From NCBI GenBank assembly GCA_963827655.1, contig CAWHCF010000023.1:64001-128000 (forward strand): a stretch of DNA of 64,000 bases, given 5' to 3'. The stretch comes from an uncultured Acidobacteriota bacterium. Its GTDB lineage: Bacteria; Acidobacteriota; UBA6911. A program made the translations under genes and the position numbers. Shown one piece after another: positions 49,621 through 61,213 of the stretch; position 1 is the stretch's first letter, and each line of letters begins with the position of its first letter. The notes under the pieces were generated by a model. The model did not search any database and had not been told where the DNA came from. It saw nothing but the letters and a program-made list of their open reading frames with translations.

Positions 49621-50574
49621 TTGCGCCTTGTGGTTGATCCTGTGATCTCTATTGTAATCGTAAACTGGAACTCCGCCTTCTTCCTGGAAAAATGCGTTCG
49701 GTCGCTGATGGCGCATGCGCCCGGATGCGAACTCGTGGTTGTGGATAACGCCTCCAGCGATTCCAGTCTGGACTTTGCCGCAAAACTCGACGCCGTCGAC
49801 ATTCTGAAGAATAACGAAAACCTTGGCTACGCCGCGGCTGGTAACCAGGGATGGCGCCACAGCCGGGGCGACCACGTGCTCTTCCTCAATCCGGATACGG
49901 AAGCCAAGCCTGGCGCCGTGGACCGGCTTGCGCGGGCGCTGACGGCCGACCCGGCCCGGTGGGCATCCGCGGGCAAGCTCATCGATTCTTCCGGTGCAAC
50001 CCAGGTCGGCTTCAATATCCGCTCTTTTCCAACCGCCGCCAGCGTCGCCGCCGACATGTTAATGCTCGATGAAATCTGGCCCGCCAATCCCTGGACCTGC
50101 CGCTATCGGATGTCGCATGCGGATCACGATGCGCCCAAGGAAGTCGATCAGCCGGCTGCCGCATGCCTCATGGTTCGGCGAGCCGCGCTGGAGCGTCTGG
50201 GCGGTTTTGACGAAAGCTACCGCCCCGCCTGGTTCGAAGATGTCGACCTGTGCCGGCGCATCTGGAGTCTCGGAGGCCGGATCGTTTTTGAGCCGGGAGC
50301 CGAGTTCGTTCACTACGGCGGATCGAGTCTGCGCCGCCTGACACCTCGAGAGTTCTTGCTGTACTTCCACACCAACCAGCTCCGCTACTTCTATAAGCAC
50401 CATGGCGATGCCTATGGCATGCGGATCCGGAGGCTCGTGATTGCGGGAATGTACCTTCGCAGCGTCGCGTCGCTGCTGCTCCCCTTGCTGCCGCATTCGA
50501 CCAGGGCCTCGTCGGCAACAACGTTCTGGCACGCTGCCCGGCATTTCGCGCTCAACCGCGAGGCGGGCCGATGA
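49621..50574 (+). CDS. GT2 glycosyltransferase (WbbL-like)
   Basis: IVNWN, LNPD, WFEDVDLC; exact start uncertain. Confidence 0.9.
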   Translation: MRLVVDPVISIVIVNWNSAFFLEKCVRSLMAHAPGCELVVVDNASSDSSLDFAAKLDAVDILKNNENLGYAAAGNQGWRHSRGDHVLFLNPDTEAKPGAVDRLARALTADPARWASAGKLIDSSGATQVGFNIRSFPTAASVAADMLMLDEIWPANPWTCRYRMSHADHDAPKEVDQPAAACLMVRRAALERLGGFDESYRPAWFEDVDLCRRIWSLGGRIVFEPGAEFVHYGGSSLRRLTPREFLLYFHTNQLRYFYKHHGDAYGMRIRRLVIAGMYLRSVASLLLPLLPHSTRASSATTFWHAARHFALNREAGR

Positions 50575-51569
50575 GCCCTCGGGTGCTCGTCAGCATCGTC
50601 ACCTATAACTCCGGCCCCTACCTGGACGCGTGTGTTCAGAGTCTCAAGGCTCAGACCTTTCCCGATTTTGTCGTTTCCGTATGGGATAACGCGTCCGATG
50701 ACGAGTCAATGGAGCTGATCGCACAGCACGCCGATTTTTTTCTTGCCACGCACTTCTCCAACACCAACATCGGCTTTTGCGCGGCCCACAACCGCGTCCT
50801 GGCCTCCTTGACCACCGACTATGTGTTGGTCTTGAACCCCGATGTCGTGCTGGATCCCCGGTTCATTGAAACGCTGGTTCAAGCGCTGGACCAGGACCCG
50901 ACGGCCGGTTCGGCTAGCGGGAAACTATGGCGCATGAATTCCCCCAATCCAGGGGAACCGATTCTGGACTCCACCGGAATCTACTTCACGCCCAATCAGC
51001 GCCACTTCGATCGAGGCTCCGGAGACAGGGATGTCGGGCAGTACGAGACTCGCGAGTATGTGTTCGGGGTCTCGGGCGCGGCGGCGTTTTATCGACGCTC
51101 CATGCTCGAGGAAATCCGGGCGGGCGGGGAATATTTCGATGAAGCATTCTTTGCCTATCGCGAAGATGCCGACCTGGCCTGGCGCGCCCAATGGCTGGGC
51201 TGGCGTTGCCTCTATGTGCCGGAGGCGCGCGGCTTTCACGCCCGGCGGGTTTTACCCGAGCGGCGCGCTTCCCTTCCCGGCGCGATTAACATGCATTCCT
51301 TCAAGAACCGGTTTCTCATGCGGGTCAAGAACATGGATGCCGGGACTTACTGCCGCTTCTTCATCCCGATCACGCTGCGGGACCTCATGGCCCTGCTTTA
51401 CGTTTTGGGACTCGAATGGACCTCTCTGCCGGGCATCACGCTTTTCTTTCGCGCTCTCCCGCGCGCCTGGGCGATCCGGCGCGCCCTTCGGCGCCACCGT
51501 CGCGTGGCCCCAGCCGACCTCCGCTCATGGTTCTCACGCAAGCCGGTCGCGCGCCCTGTTTCTCAATAG
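50571..51569 (+). CDS. GT2 glycosyltransferase
   Basis: IVTYN, LNPD, YREDADL. Confidence 0.9.
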   Translation: MSPRVLVSIVTYNSGPYLDACVQSLKAQTFPDFVVSVWDNASDDESMELIAQHADFFLATHFSNTNIGFCAAHNRVLASLTTDYVLVLNPDVVLDPRFIETLVQALDQDPTAGSASGKLWRMNSPNPGEPILDSTGIYFTPNQRHFDRGSGDRDVGQYETREYVFGVSGAAAFYRRSMLEEIRAGGEYFDEAFFAYREDADLAWRAQWLGWRCLYVPEARGFHARRVLPERRASLPGAINMHSFKNRFLMRVKNMDAGTYCRFFIPITLRDLMALLYVLGLEWTSLPGITLFFRALPRAWAIRRALRRHRRVAPADLRSWFSRKPVARPVSQ

Positions 51570-51740
51570 CGTCTTTGAACAACAAGAGAAAAACATCTTG
51601 TTTTCCGGCAAGATTTTCCACAAGCAGAGAGCAAAAGCATCTGCACGAATTTCACCGAGCCAACTGATTCGTGAAATTCGTGGAATCCGTGGCGAGTATT
51701 TGGTGTGGCCAATAGCGTCTTTGCGGTTGGTTTTTCCGGG

Positions 51741-52790
51741 TCAGCAAAGGCGAAGGTCGGAGAAGGCGTTCAGATCCAGCTCGAGCGGCGGAGCGGCGCG
51801 GAGCCTGGGTGTTCCAGCCGCAGCGATCATCGCGGCATTGTCGGTGGTAAGAACCGGCGCCGGATAATACACCGGGATGGTAAGAGCCGCCCCTTCAGCA
51901 GAAACCGGGCTCTCGAAGGTCTCCTTGAAGGTCCGGCGCAGCAGCGTGTTGCAAGCCACGCCTCCGACCAGCAGGATGGATCGCGGCTCGAGCCGCTTGG
52001 CAGCCCGGATCGTCTGGGTCAACAACGTGTCGACGATGGTCTGCTGGTAACTCGCGATCAGATCGAGGATCGTCTGGGGCACTCGCGCGCCGGCGCGCGC
52101 CAGCGGCTGGATTCCCGCCTGGGCAATATGCCGCAGGGCCGCGGTCTTGAATCCGCTGAAACTGAAATCAAGGCTGCCGTCACTGATTTTTGGAATCGAA
52201 AAAGGGAACGCGCGAGGATTTCCCCGGGGGGAAAGTCGATCGATGACCGGTCCCCCCGGGTATCCCAGTCCGAGGAATTTCGAAATCTTGTCCAGCGCCT
52301 CGCCCGCGGCGTCGTCGCGCGTCCTGCCGGCGCATTCGTATCTCCCTTCCTCGGGAGAAAAGACCAGAGAGGTATGTCCGCCCGAGACGACCAGCGCCAG
52401 CAGCGGGAACTGAATATCGGGATGCTCGATGAAGGCCGAATAGATATGCCCCTCGAGATGATTCACCGGGACCAGCGGCTTCTGCAGAGAGTAAGCCATC
52501 GCTTTGGCAAAGGAGACACCCACCAGAAGGGAGCCAATCAAACCCGGACCCTGGGTAACCGCGATGCCGTCAATATCGGCATATTCCTTGCCGGCCTCGC
52601 CGAACGCGCGCCGGACCACGTAGCCGATGTTGCGCAGATGTTCGCGACTGGCGAGCTCCGGCACCACGCCCCCGAAGCTGCGATGGGTTTCGATCTGAGA
52701 AGCGACGACATTGGACAGGACCAGATGCCCATCTTGAACCAGCGCGGCCGCCGTCTCGTCGCACGAGGATTCGATTCCCAGTACCAGCAT
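51741..52790 (-). CDS. tsaD: tRNA N6-adenosine threonylcarbamoyltransferase
   Basis: GIESSCDET, HLEGH, SGGHT, DNAAMI. Confidence 0.97.
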   Translation of the reverse strand: MLVLGIESSCDETAAALVQDGHLVLSNVVASQIETHRSFGGVVPELASREHLRNIGYVVRRAFGEAGKEYADIDGIAVTQGPGLIGSLLVGVSFAKAMAYSLQKPLVPVNHLEGHIYSAFIEHPDIQFPLLALVVSGGHTSLVFSPEEGRYECAGRTRDDAAGEALDKISKFLGLGYPGGPVIDRLSPRGNPRAFPFSIPKISDGSLDFSFSGFKTAALRHIAQAGIQPLARAGARVPQTILDLIASYQQTIVDTLLTQTIRAAKRLEPRSILLVGGVACNTLLRRTFKETFESPVSAEGAALTIPVYYPAPVLTTDNAAMIAAAGTPRLRAAPPLELDLNAFSDLRLC

Positions 52791-52879
52791 GATGATTGGT
52801 GATTCCTTGCAGCCAGGATCTTCGCGGAAATGCCTAATCGCGTTCGGAAACGGGCTGGCTAACGAAAACTGGGGATTTC

Positions 52880-53005
52880 CTCCTCGTACACGTTCCCGCT
52901 CCCGTTCCCGTTTTCCGGCGATATCCTATGGCAGCCGTTTGATCACCAGCGCCTCGACGTCGATTCCATCGGGAACGCGTACGGGTGCGGGAACGAGGAC
53001 GATTC
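52880..53005. repeat. Hexamer-array palindrome between mtnA and tsaD
   Basis: CTCGTACACGTTCCCGCTCCCGTTCCCG ... CGGGAACGCGTACGGGTGCGGGAACGAG. Confidence 0.7.
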
Positions 53006-53015
53006 CCAAAAACGG

Positions 53016-54083
<1,068 letters not shown>

Positions 54084-54173
54084 GGGTCCTCGGACCGGCA
54101 GTCTAGCGTATTGAAGTTCTTTTTTGAAGAGGGGCCGAATACCGCCCGACGCAAATACGCCAAGAAACCCTGA

Positions 54174-54201
54174 TTGACAAAGGATTTGAGGCGGTGATAC
54201 T
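54174..54201 (+). promoter_or_regulatory. Sigma70-like promoter of the BtuB-like receptor gene
   Basis: TTGACA-16 nt-GATACT, followed by a short leader with a GGAA-capped hairpin. Confidence 0.55.
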
Positions 54202-54246
54202 CATTTTTCGCGATGAGGGGAACCTCGTTCGCAACAAGAAAAAACC

Positions 54247-56454
54247 ATGAATCTTGCGCTGGTGTTGTTGTCGGCGGCTCTGCTCGCCCAATCCGCAATC
54301 CGCAATCCGCAATCCGCAATCGAAGTGACCGGATTCGTGGTCGACGAAAGCGGAGCCGGACTGCCTCGAGCCAAACTGGAATTCCGAGACCGTGGCGGAA
54401 GTGTCATTGCCTCAACCCAGACCAACACGAAGGGAGAATTCGCCCTATCGGTGCCGGAAGGCTCCTACATCGTGGATGCCATGCTCGCAGGATTCGCGCC
54501 GCTCCTCGGCCAGATCGTCGACGTCGGTCCATCCCCTCCGCCGCTGATGCTGACGCTTCGAATACCCGAAGTCGAGCACCAGATTGTCGTCACCGCAACC
54601 CGGACCGAGGCAGCCGTTCCCCAGGTGGGAGCCAGCATGACCATACTCACCCGGGAACAGCTCTCGCGCGACGGGATCGCCACGGTGGCGGAGGCACTGC
54701 GCAAGGTTCCCGGCCTGGCCCTGGTCCAAAGCGGAGGGCAAGGCCAATTGACGTCGGCCTTTGTGCGCGGAGGAGAATCAGACTACACCAAGGTCCTGCT
54801 CGACGGAATTCCTTTAAACGATCCTGGCGGGAGTTACAACTTCGCCAACCTTTCCGCCACGGCCATCGATCGCATAGAAATAGTGCGCGGGCCGCAGAGC
54901 GCTCTGTTCGGCTCGGATGCCATCGCGGGCGTGATCCAGATTTTTACCCATCGCGCCCGCGAAGATGGGATTTCTCCCACCCCCAGGCTGCTCCTGGAAG
55001 GAGGTACGTTCAGCAGCTTTCGTTACGCCGGCGGCGTCTCGGGCCGGGGAGAACGGTTGGATTACTCCACCTCGTTCTCGCGAACCGACACCGACAACGA
55101 CGTCCTCAACGGATCCTTCAACGAGGCGACTTTTACCGTAAACGCGGGGTTCATTACCTCACAAAAAACGGCGCTGCGCGCGATCTTCCGCAGCGAGGCA
55201 GGGCGCGCCGGTGTGCCGGGGCCCTGGGCCTTCCGGCGGCCCGAGCCGGACGAGCATTTCGAGCGGCGGGATCTTTCGGGCGGACTGGAATTCACGCACT
55301 TCGCGGCAATCTCCTGGAATCAGAAGCTGTCCTACACGGTCAACGACTCGCGTCAGTTCTCGGAAGATCCAGGCGACTCGGGAAGCTTTGTATCGGAGTT
55401 TGAGGGGCACCGGGCTCCCTTCGTTTCGCTGGACTCGCCGTTTCAGTTTCTCAACCACACGAGCCGGCAAAAGATCAACTACCAGAGCGACATCGTCATG
55501 CCGCGCGGGCATCTGCTCACGGCCGGCGCCGACTACGAGCGCGAATCAGGAACCATCGGCGATCCTCAGTCGCTGACCGAAGCGGTTCGCAACAATTTCG
55601 GCTTCTTCGCTCAGGATCAATGGGCGGTACAAAACCGGCTCTTTGCCGCGGCTGGTGTGCGGCTGGAAAACAACGACAGCTTCGGGTTCTTCGCCGCCCC
55701 CCGGCTCTCGCTGGCTTTTCACGCTCACCAGCCCTCCGCCGGCAGCGCCCTGGGACTCACTAAAATCAAGGGAAACTTCGGATTGGGAATCAAGGAGCCC
55801 ACCCTGGTCGAATCCTTCAGCCAGTCGCCGTTTTTCCGGGGTAACCCCGATCTCCGGCCGGAGAAATCGGTGAGTTTCGACGCCGGCATCGAGCAGCATT
55901 TCGGCGCCGGAAGTTCGCTGCTCGAGCTGACCTACTTCGACAACCGCTTTCGCGACCAGGTGGGTTTCGTAACAACGGACTTCACGACTTTCGAGGGATC
56001 GTTCTTCAATATCGGGAAAACCAGGGCGCGGGGGGTCGAAAGCGCCTTGCGGCTCGACCTGAGTCCGCGGTGGGAGGCCGGCGGCGCTTATACCTTCCTG
56101 AATTCCCGCGTGCTGGAAAGTACATCTCCTGATCCCGTATTTGCCCCCGGACAGGAATTGTTCCGCCGGCCGCGGCATTCGGGTTACGTTGACCTGCGCT
56201 GGAAACCGGGAAGCTGGACTCTCGGGGCCACTGCGATACTTGTCGGCAGGCGCGTGGACTCCGATTTCTCCGGCCTTGGTTTAACTCGCAATCCGGGGTA
56301 CGGGGTGCTCAACCTCCTGTTGAGCCACCGCCTGAGCGACTCCATCTCATGGTTTGTTCTGGTGAACAATGCGCTGGATAAGGAGTACATGGAAGTGCTC
56401 GGTTATCCAGCCTTGCGCGCGCACTTCCGCATCGGATTGCGCGCAGGCTTCTGA
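54247..56454 (+). CDS. TonB-dependent receptor, BtuB-like
   Basis: IVVTATRT TonB box; FVRGGESDYTKVLLDG, RIEIVRGPQSALFGSDAIAGVI; C-terminal F. Confidence 0.9.
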   Translation: MNLALVLLSAALLAQSAIRNPQSAIEVTGFVVDESGAGLPRAKLEFRDRGGSVIASTQTNTKGEFALSVPEGSYIVDAMLAGFAPLLGQIVDVGPSPPPLMLTLRIPEVEHQIVVTATRTEAAVPQVGASMTILTREQLSRDGIATVAEALRKVPGLALVQSGGQGQLTSAFVRGGESDYTKVLLDGIPLNDPGGSYNFANLSATAIDRIEIVRGPQSALFGSDAIAGVIQIFTHRAREDGISPTPRLLLEGGTFSSFRYAGGVSGRGERLDYSTSFSRTDTDNDVLNGSFNEATFTVNAGFITSQKTALRAIFRSEAGRAGVPGPWAFRRPEPDEHFERRDLSGGLEFTHFAAISWNQKLSYTVNDSRQFSEDPGDSGSFVSEFEGHRAPFVSLDSPFQFLNHTSRQKINYQSDIVMPRGHLLTAGADYERESGTIGDPQSLTEAVRNNFGFFAQDQWAVQNRLFAAAGVRLENNDSFGFFAAPRLSLAFHAHQPSAGSALGLTKIKGNFGLGIKEPTLVESFSQSPFFRGNPDLRPEKSVSFDAGIEQHFGAGSSLLELTYFDNRFRDQVGFVTTDFTTFEGSFFNIGKTRARGVESALRLDLSPRWEAGGAYTFLNSRVLESTSPDPVFAPGQELFRRPRHSGYVDLRWKPGSWTLGATAILVGRRVDSDFSGLGLTRNPGYGVLNLLLSHRLSDSISWFVLVNNALDKEYMEVLGYPALRAHFRIGLRAGF
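54289..54321. repeat. (CAATCCG)4 + CAATC tandem repeat inside the CDS
   Basis: Read directly; encodes QSAIRNPQSAI. Confidence 0.95.
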
Positions 56455-56478
56455 GAGGCGACAAGGCTCGTGGCCGGC

Positions 56479-57183
56479 ATGAAAGAACCGCTGGTAGTCT
56501 CCTGGAGCGGGGGCAAGGACTCGGCTCGGGCGCTGTATGAGATCCTTCAGCGAGATGAATTCGAAGTCCTTGCTCTTTTAACCACGCTAACCGACGTCTA
56601 TGATCAGATCAGCATGCACGGCGTTCCCCGGGTCCTCCTCGAGGCCCAGGCGGCGGCGCTTCGCCTGCCGCTTGATATTATGCGGATTCGAAAGGGAGCT
56701 CCGAACACCGAGTACGAATCGACCCTGCTCGACACACTCTCGAGATACGACAAACGCGGCGTGAGGCGCGTCGTCTTCGGCGACCTCTTCCTCGAGGATA
56801 TCCGGCAGTATCGACAGGCGGTCCTGGCCAGGATCGGGATGACCGGGTTGTACCCGTTGTGGCAGCGCGACACGGCTCAGCTGGCGCAGGAGCTGATTGG
56901 CCTCGGTTTCCGCGCCATCGTGACCTGCGTCGATCCCAAGGCTCTGCCCGAATCATTCGCCGGCAGAGAGCTCGATGCAGACTTTCTGCGCTCACTTCCT
57001 TCCGGAGTCGATCCGAGCGGCGAAAACGGCGAGTTCCACACTTTTGTGTTCGACGGTCCGAACTTCCGTGAGCCGGTAAGATTTGAAACAGGTAAAGTCG
57101 AATTCAGAGACTCGTTCCACTTCTGCGGTTTGATCCCGCCAGAGAATCCACCGCGAAGTCGCGAAGACGCCAAGGAACAGTAA
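56479..57183 (+). CDS. PP-loop ATPase, diphthine-ammonia ligase-like (DUF71/MJ0570 family)
   Basis: SWSGGKDS, FGDLFLED, GENGEFHTFV. Confidence 0.9.
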   Translation: MKEPLVVSWSGGKDSARALYEILQRDEFEVLALLTTLTDVYDQISMHGVPRVLLEAQAAALRLPLDIMRIRKGAPNTEYESTLLDTLSRYDKRGVRRVVFGDLFLEDIRQYRQAVLARIGMTGLYPLWQRDTAQLAQELIGLGFRAIVTCVDPKALPESFAGRELDADFLRSLPSGVDPSGENGEFHTFVFDGPNFREPVRFETGKVEFRDSFHFCGLIPPENPPRSREDAKEQ

Positions 57184-57253
57184 GAATCATTGGTCTTGCC
57201 CGGTCCGGAGTGGTAGAAAGTACCTCTGGATGGAGAGATGGAGGAAATTTTAG

Positions 57254-59209
57254 ATGGCTAAAGCTGTTGCAGATATCGAGTCCATTCTGCGTGAGAACCG
57301 GGTCTTCAAACCGCCGAAGCGTTTCAGTGAGAAAGCCCACATCCAGAGCATGCCCAAGTACGAGAGGATGTACCGGGAGTCGATTCGCGATCCGGAGAAG
57401 TTCTGGGCCAAGCGCGCGGCTGAACTGCACTGGTTCAAGAAGTGGAAACGAGTGCTCCAGTGGAAGCCTCCGTTCGCCCAGTGGTTTGTGGGCGGCAAAA
57501 CCAACATCTCGCACAACTGTCTTGACCGCCATCTCTCGACCTGGCGCAAGAACAAGGCGGCCCTTATCTGGGAAGGAGAGCCTGGCGAAATCCGTACTCT
57601 CACCTATCAACAACTTCACCGCGAAGTCTGCAAGTTCGGAAATGTTCTGAAGGAACTGGGGGTTCAAAAAGGGGACCGCGTGGTGATCTACATGGGCATG
57701 GTGCCCGAACTCCCGATTGCCATGCTCGCCTGCGCCCGAGTTGGCGCCACTCATTCTGTAGTATTCGGCGGGTTCTCGGCGGAGGCGCTCCGGGACCGGA
57801 TCAATGACGCGCAAGCCTCGGCCGTCATCTGCGCGGATGGCGCTTTTCGCCGGGGAACGGAGGTCAAACTGAAGGGCGCGGTCGATGAGGCGCTGAGAGA
57901 ATCTCCGTCGGTCAAGAAGGTAATCGTCTTCAAGCGCACCGGCTCCCCTGTGGAGATGGCCGCCGACCGCGACTACTGGTGGCACGAGCTGATGGCGCGC
58001 GCGCCGGCCGAACTGGACGCCGTCCCCGTGGACTCGGAGCATCCTCTATTCACGCTTTACACCAGCGGGACCACGGGGAAGCCGAAGGGGGTCGTCCACA
58101 CAACGGGCGGCTACATGACCTACGTCTACCTGACCACAAAGTATGTCTTCGACTTGAAAGACGAAGATACGTACTGGTGCACGGCAGACATCGGCTGGGT
58201 CACCGGCCACAGTTACATCGTTTACGGTCCTCTTCTCAACGGCGCCACCAGCATGATGTACGAAGGCGCGCCCAACTATCCCAACCCGGACCGTTTCTGG
58301 GACATTGTAGACCGGCACAAGATAAATGTTTTTTACACGGCGCCCACCGCCATCCGCGCCTTCATAAAATGGGGAGAGGAATGGCCCCTGAAGCACGATC
58401 TCTCAAGCCTCCGGCTCCTGGGAACCGTGGGAGAGCCGATCAATCCCGAAGCCTGGATCTGGTATCACAAGATAATCGGAAAGGGGCGCTGCCCCATTGT
58501 GGATACATGGTGGCAGACTGAAACCGGCGGCATATTGATTACCCCGTTACCGGGAGCCACTCCCACGAAGCCGGGGACGGCAACGCGACCGTTCTTCGGC
58601 ATCGTTCCCGACGTGGTGGATCGGTCCGGCAAGAGTGTTCCTGCCAACTCGGGCGGATACCTCGTGATCCGGAAGCCCTGGCCCGCCATGCTCCGCACCA
58701 TCTGGGGCGACGACGAGCGCTACAAACGCCAGTACTGGTCGGAGATCGAAGGAGTTTATTTTTCCGGTGACGGCGCGCGCAAAGACAAAGACGGTAATTT
58801 CTGGATTATGGGGCGTGTGGACGACGTTATCAACGTAGCCGGCCATCGCCTCGGAACCATGGAGGTCGAGAGCGCGCTGGTTTCCCATCCCAGGGTCGCG
58901 GAATCAGCCGTCGTGGGCCGTCCGGACGATCTCAAGGGCCAGGCCATCGTCGCCTTCGTTACCCTGGAAGGCGGCAACAGTCCGTCGCCGAACTTGGGAG
59001 AAGAGTTGCGCGCGCATGTAGCCAAGGAGATCGGATCGCTCGCGAAGCCCGACGACATTCGATTTACCGATGCATTGCCCAAGACACGATCCGGGAAGAT
59101 CATGCGCCGGCTCCTGCGCGAGATCGCCGCGGGCGGCGCGGTCAAGGGAGACGTGACGACTCTCGAAGACTTTACAGTGCTTGAAAAACTCCGCGCCGCG
59201 GAAGAATAA
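57254..59209 (+). CDS. acs: Acetyl-CoA synthetase
   Basis: [29 protein letters not shown]. Confidence 0.97.
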   Translation: MAKAVADIESILRENRVFKPPKRFSEKAHIQSMPKYERMYRESIRDPEKFWAKRAAELHWFKKWKRVLQWKPPFAQWFVGGKTNISHNCLDRHLSTWRKNKAALIWEGEPGEIRTLTYQQLHREVCKFGNVLKELGVQKGDRVVIYMGMVPELPIAMLACARVGATHSVVFGGFSAEALRDRINDAQASAVICADGAFRRGTEVKLKGAVDEALRESPSVKKVIVFKRTGSPVEMAADRDYWWHELMARAPAELDAVPVDSEHPLFTLYTSGTTGKPKGVVHTTGGYMTYVYLTTKYVFDLKDEDTYWCTADIGWVTGHSYIVYGPLLNGATSMMYEGAPNYPNPDRFWDIVDRHKINVFYTAPTAIRAFIKWGEEWPLKHDLSSLRLLGTVGEPINPEAWIWYHKIIGKGRCPIVDTWWQTETGGILITPLPGATPTKPGTATRPFFGIVPDVVDRSGKSVPANSGGYLVIRKPWPAMLRTIWGDDERYKRQYWSEIEGVYFSGDGARKDKDGNFWIMGRVDDVINVAGHRLGTMEVESALVSHPRVAESAVVGRPDDLKGQAIVAFVTLEGGNSPSPNLGEELRAHVAKEIGSLAKPDDIRFTDALPKTRSGKIMRRLLREIAAGGAVKGDVTTLEDFTVLEKLRAAEE

Positions 59210-59288
59210 GGGACACAGTCTGAACCACGAAGACGCGAAGACGCCAAGGATTCCTGGCCATGAAGACCGAAGGCTGGGAGCACGTGAC

Positions 59289-59888
59289 GTGATACTCACC
59301 TACGCCAATCAGCTGACGATCTTGCGAATGATCTTCATTCCCTGTTTCGTTCTGCTGCTGATTTACGGCTACTTGAAGAGCGCCACGGCGGTGTTTATCT
59401 TCGCCGGCATTACCGACGGACTCGATGGCCTCCTGGCCCGCAAGCTCCAGCAGAAGACTGCGCTGGGATCATTTCTGGATCCCATGGCGGACAAGCTGCT
59501 CATCACCGCCGCCTTTGTGACCCTGACCCTCCCTTCAGTTCCGGTCGCGTTTCACATTCCAATCTGGCTCACCATAACTTCGATCAGCCGGGATCTCCTT
59601 ATCGCGCTGGCCGTGTTGATCATCCACCTTCACACCAGGCACACGCAGTTCCCGCCGTCGTTCCTGGGCAAATGCACCACGACGGCCCAGCTGGTAACGG
59701 TCGGCGCCGCGCTGGTCGGGCATTTCTACACTGGATTTGGCATGGAAATTTTCCCACCCGTGGTCTACTCTACTTTGGCTTTGACGGTGGTTTCTGGGCT
59801 TCACTACTTCTACCGTTCGGTGCAGATCATCGAACGCTATCAGAGACCGGACACAGCCAATGGCGGGGCAAGGCATCAAGGTCCATGA
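59289..59888 (+). CDS. CDP-alcohol phosphatidyltransferase (PgsA-like)
   Basis: ANQLTILR, DGLDGLLAR...GSFLDPMADK. Confidence 0.9.
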   Translation: MILTYANQLTILRMIFIPCFVLLLIYGYLKSATAVFIFAGITDGLDGLLARKLQQKTALGSFLDPMADKLLITAAFVTLTLPSVPVAFHIPIWLTITSISRDLLIALAVLIIHLHTRHTQFPPSFLGKCTTTAQLVTVGAALVGHFYTGFGMEIFPPVVYSTLALTVVSGLHYFYRSVQIIERYQRPDTANGGARHQGP

Positions 59889-61209
59889 AGTCGAAACGGG
59901 GTCGCCGGCCGAAAAGGCCGGACTTGTTCCCGGCGACGAAATCCTTTCGGTTAATCAGCATCGGATCCCGGATGAGCTCGCGCTCAAGTTTTATCTCGCC
60001 GAAGAGCTGGTGCAGGTACAGGTACGCAAAGCCGATGGTAGCGAAGAGTTGCTGGATCTGGACCTTTCCGATGGGGCCGGGCTTGGAATCCGGGTGGAAG
60101 ACTTCAAGACCCGCACGTGTAACAACGCCTGCATGTTCTGCTTCATCGACCAGCTCCCTCCCGGAGCTCGATCGACACTGCAGGTCAAGGACGACGATTA
60201 CCGGCTCTCGTTTCTTCACGGCAATTACATAACCCTGACCAATCTGCCCGAGAAAGAGCTGGATCGGATCATCGAACAAGCCCTCTCGCCGCTCTACGTT
60301 TCGGTCCACGCTACCGATCCCGACCTGCGCACACGCATTCTGGGGCGGCGCAAGGTGGATGATCTTGACCGCAAGATGCGCAAGCTGATCGAGGGAGGCA
60401 TTCGACTCAACACTCAGATTGTCCTGATGCCGGAGATCAATGATGGGAAGCATCTCGAGAAAACTGTGTCCGACCTGTACCGATACTATCCGGGCGTGAA
60501 TTCCGTCGCCATCGTGCCGCTGGGTCTGTCCGACCACGGGAACGCGCGAGCGCACTACGCCGCGGTGACGGCGCCGTATTGCCGCAGGATCATACAGGAG
60601 GTATCCCCCTGGCAGGAGCGGTTCCGGGCTGAAATAAACCGAACCTTCGCTTACCTCGCCGACGAGTTTTACATCCAGGGGGAAGTCCCGCTGCCGGAGA
60701 CGGATTATTACGACGATTTTGCGCAGATCGAGGACGGAGTGGGAATGGTGCGGAAGTTTCTCAACGAGTTCAGGTCGGAGATGGCCCGGTGGCGCAAGCC
60801 ACGCCAGCAGCTCTGCGGCACTCTGGTTACCGCCAGACTCTTCTATCCGTATCTGCAGCAGTCCATCCACCGATTCAACGAAAAGTTCGCATCTCGACTG
60901 AAAGTGCAGCTCGTGGACAACCGATTCATGGGCAACGACATTACGGTCGCTGGACTGCTGTCCGGAAGCGATATCGTGGCCGCCTTGCGGGATCGTCCGC
61001 TGGGAGATTTCGTGATCATCCCAAACGAAGCCATCTCCAGAGTGGACGGCATCCTGGTCGACAATATGTCACCCGGACACATTTCCACTCACCTGGGAAC
61101 CCCCGTTTACTCCAGCGGGTCGACCGTGCGCGATTTCTTCACGCTCCTCTTTCCGGTGTCAGGCCGTGAATATTCAAATCGGTGTTTTCTAAAGGCCACC
61201 CCCAGATAA
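59860..61209 (+). CDS. PDZ + radical-SAM-like DUF512 Fe-S protein
   Basis: GSPAEKAGL, CNNACMFC, DDDYRLSFL, QIEDGVG. Confidence 0.9.
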   Translation: MAGQGIKVHEVETGSPAEKAGLVPGDEILSVNQHRIPDELALKFYLAEELVQVQVRKADGSEELLDLDLSDGAGLGIRVEDFKTRTCNNACMFCFIDQLPPGARSTLQVKDDDYRLSFLHGNYITLTNLPEKELDRIIEQALSPLYVSVHATDPDLRTRILGRRKVDDLDRKMRKLIEGGIRLNTQIVLMPEINDGKHLEKTVSDLYRYYPGVNSVAIVPLGLSDHGNARAHYAAVTAPYCRRIIQEVSPWQERFRAEINRTFAYLADEFYIQGEVPLPETDYYDDFAQIEDGVGMVRKFLNEFRSEMARWRKPRQQLCGTLVTARLFYPYLQQSIHRFNEKFASRLKVQLVDNRFMGNDITVAGLLSGSDIVAALRDRPLGDFVIIPNEAISRVDGILVDNMSPGHISTHLGTPVYSSGSTVRDFFTLLFPVSGREYSNRCFLKATPR

Positions 61210-61213
61210 AAAA

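Noticed and set aside
54190-54201. GGCGGTGATACT matches the phage lambda PL -10 region
   Set aside because: A 12-nt coincidence; no other lambda sequence nearby.
54084-54246. Cobalamin riboswitch upstream of the BtuB-like gene
   Set aside because: No B12-box motifs, and the predicted leader is too short.
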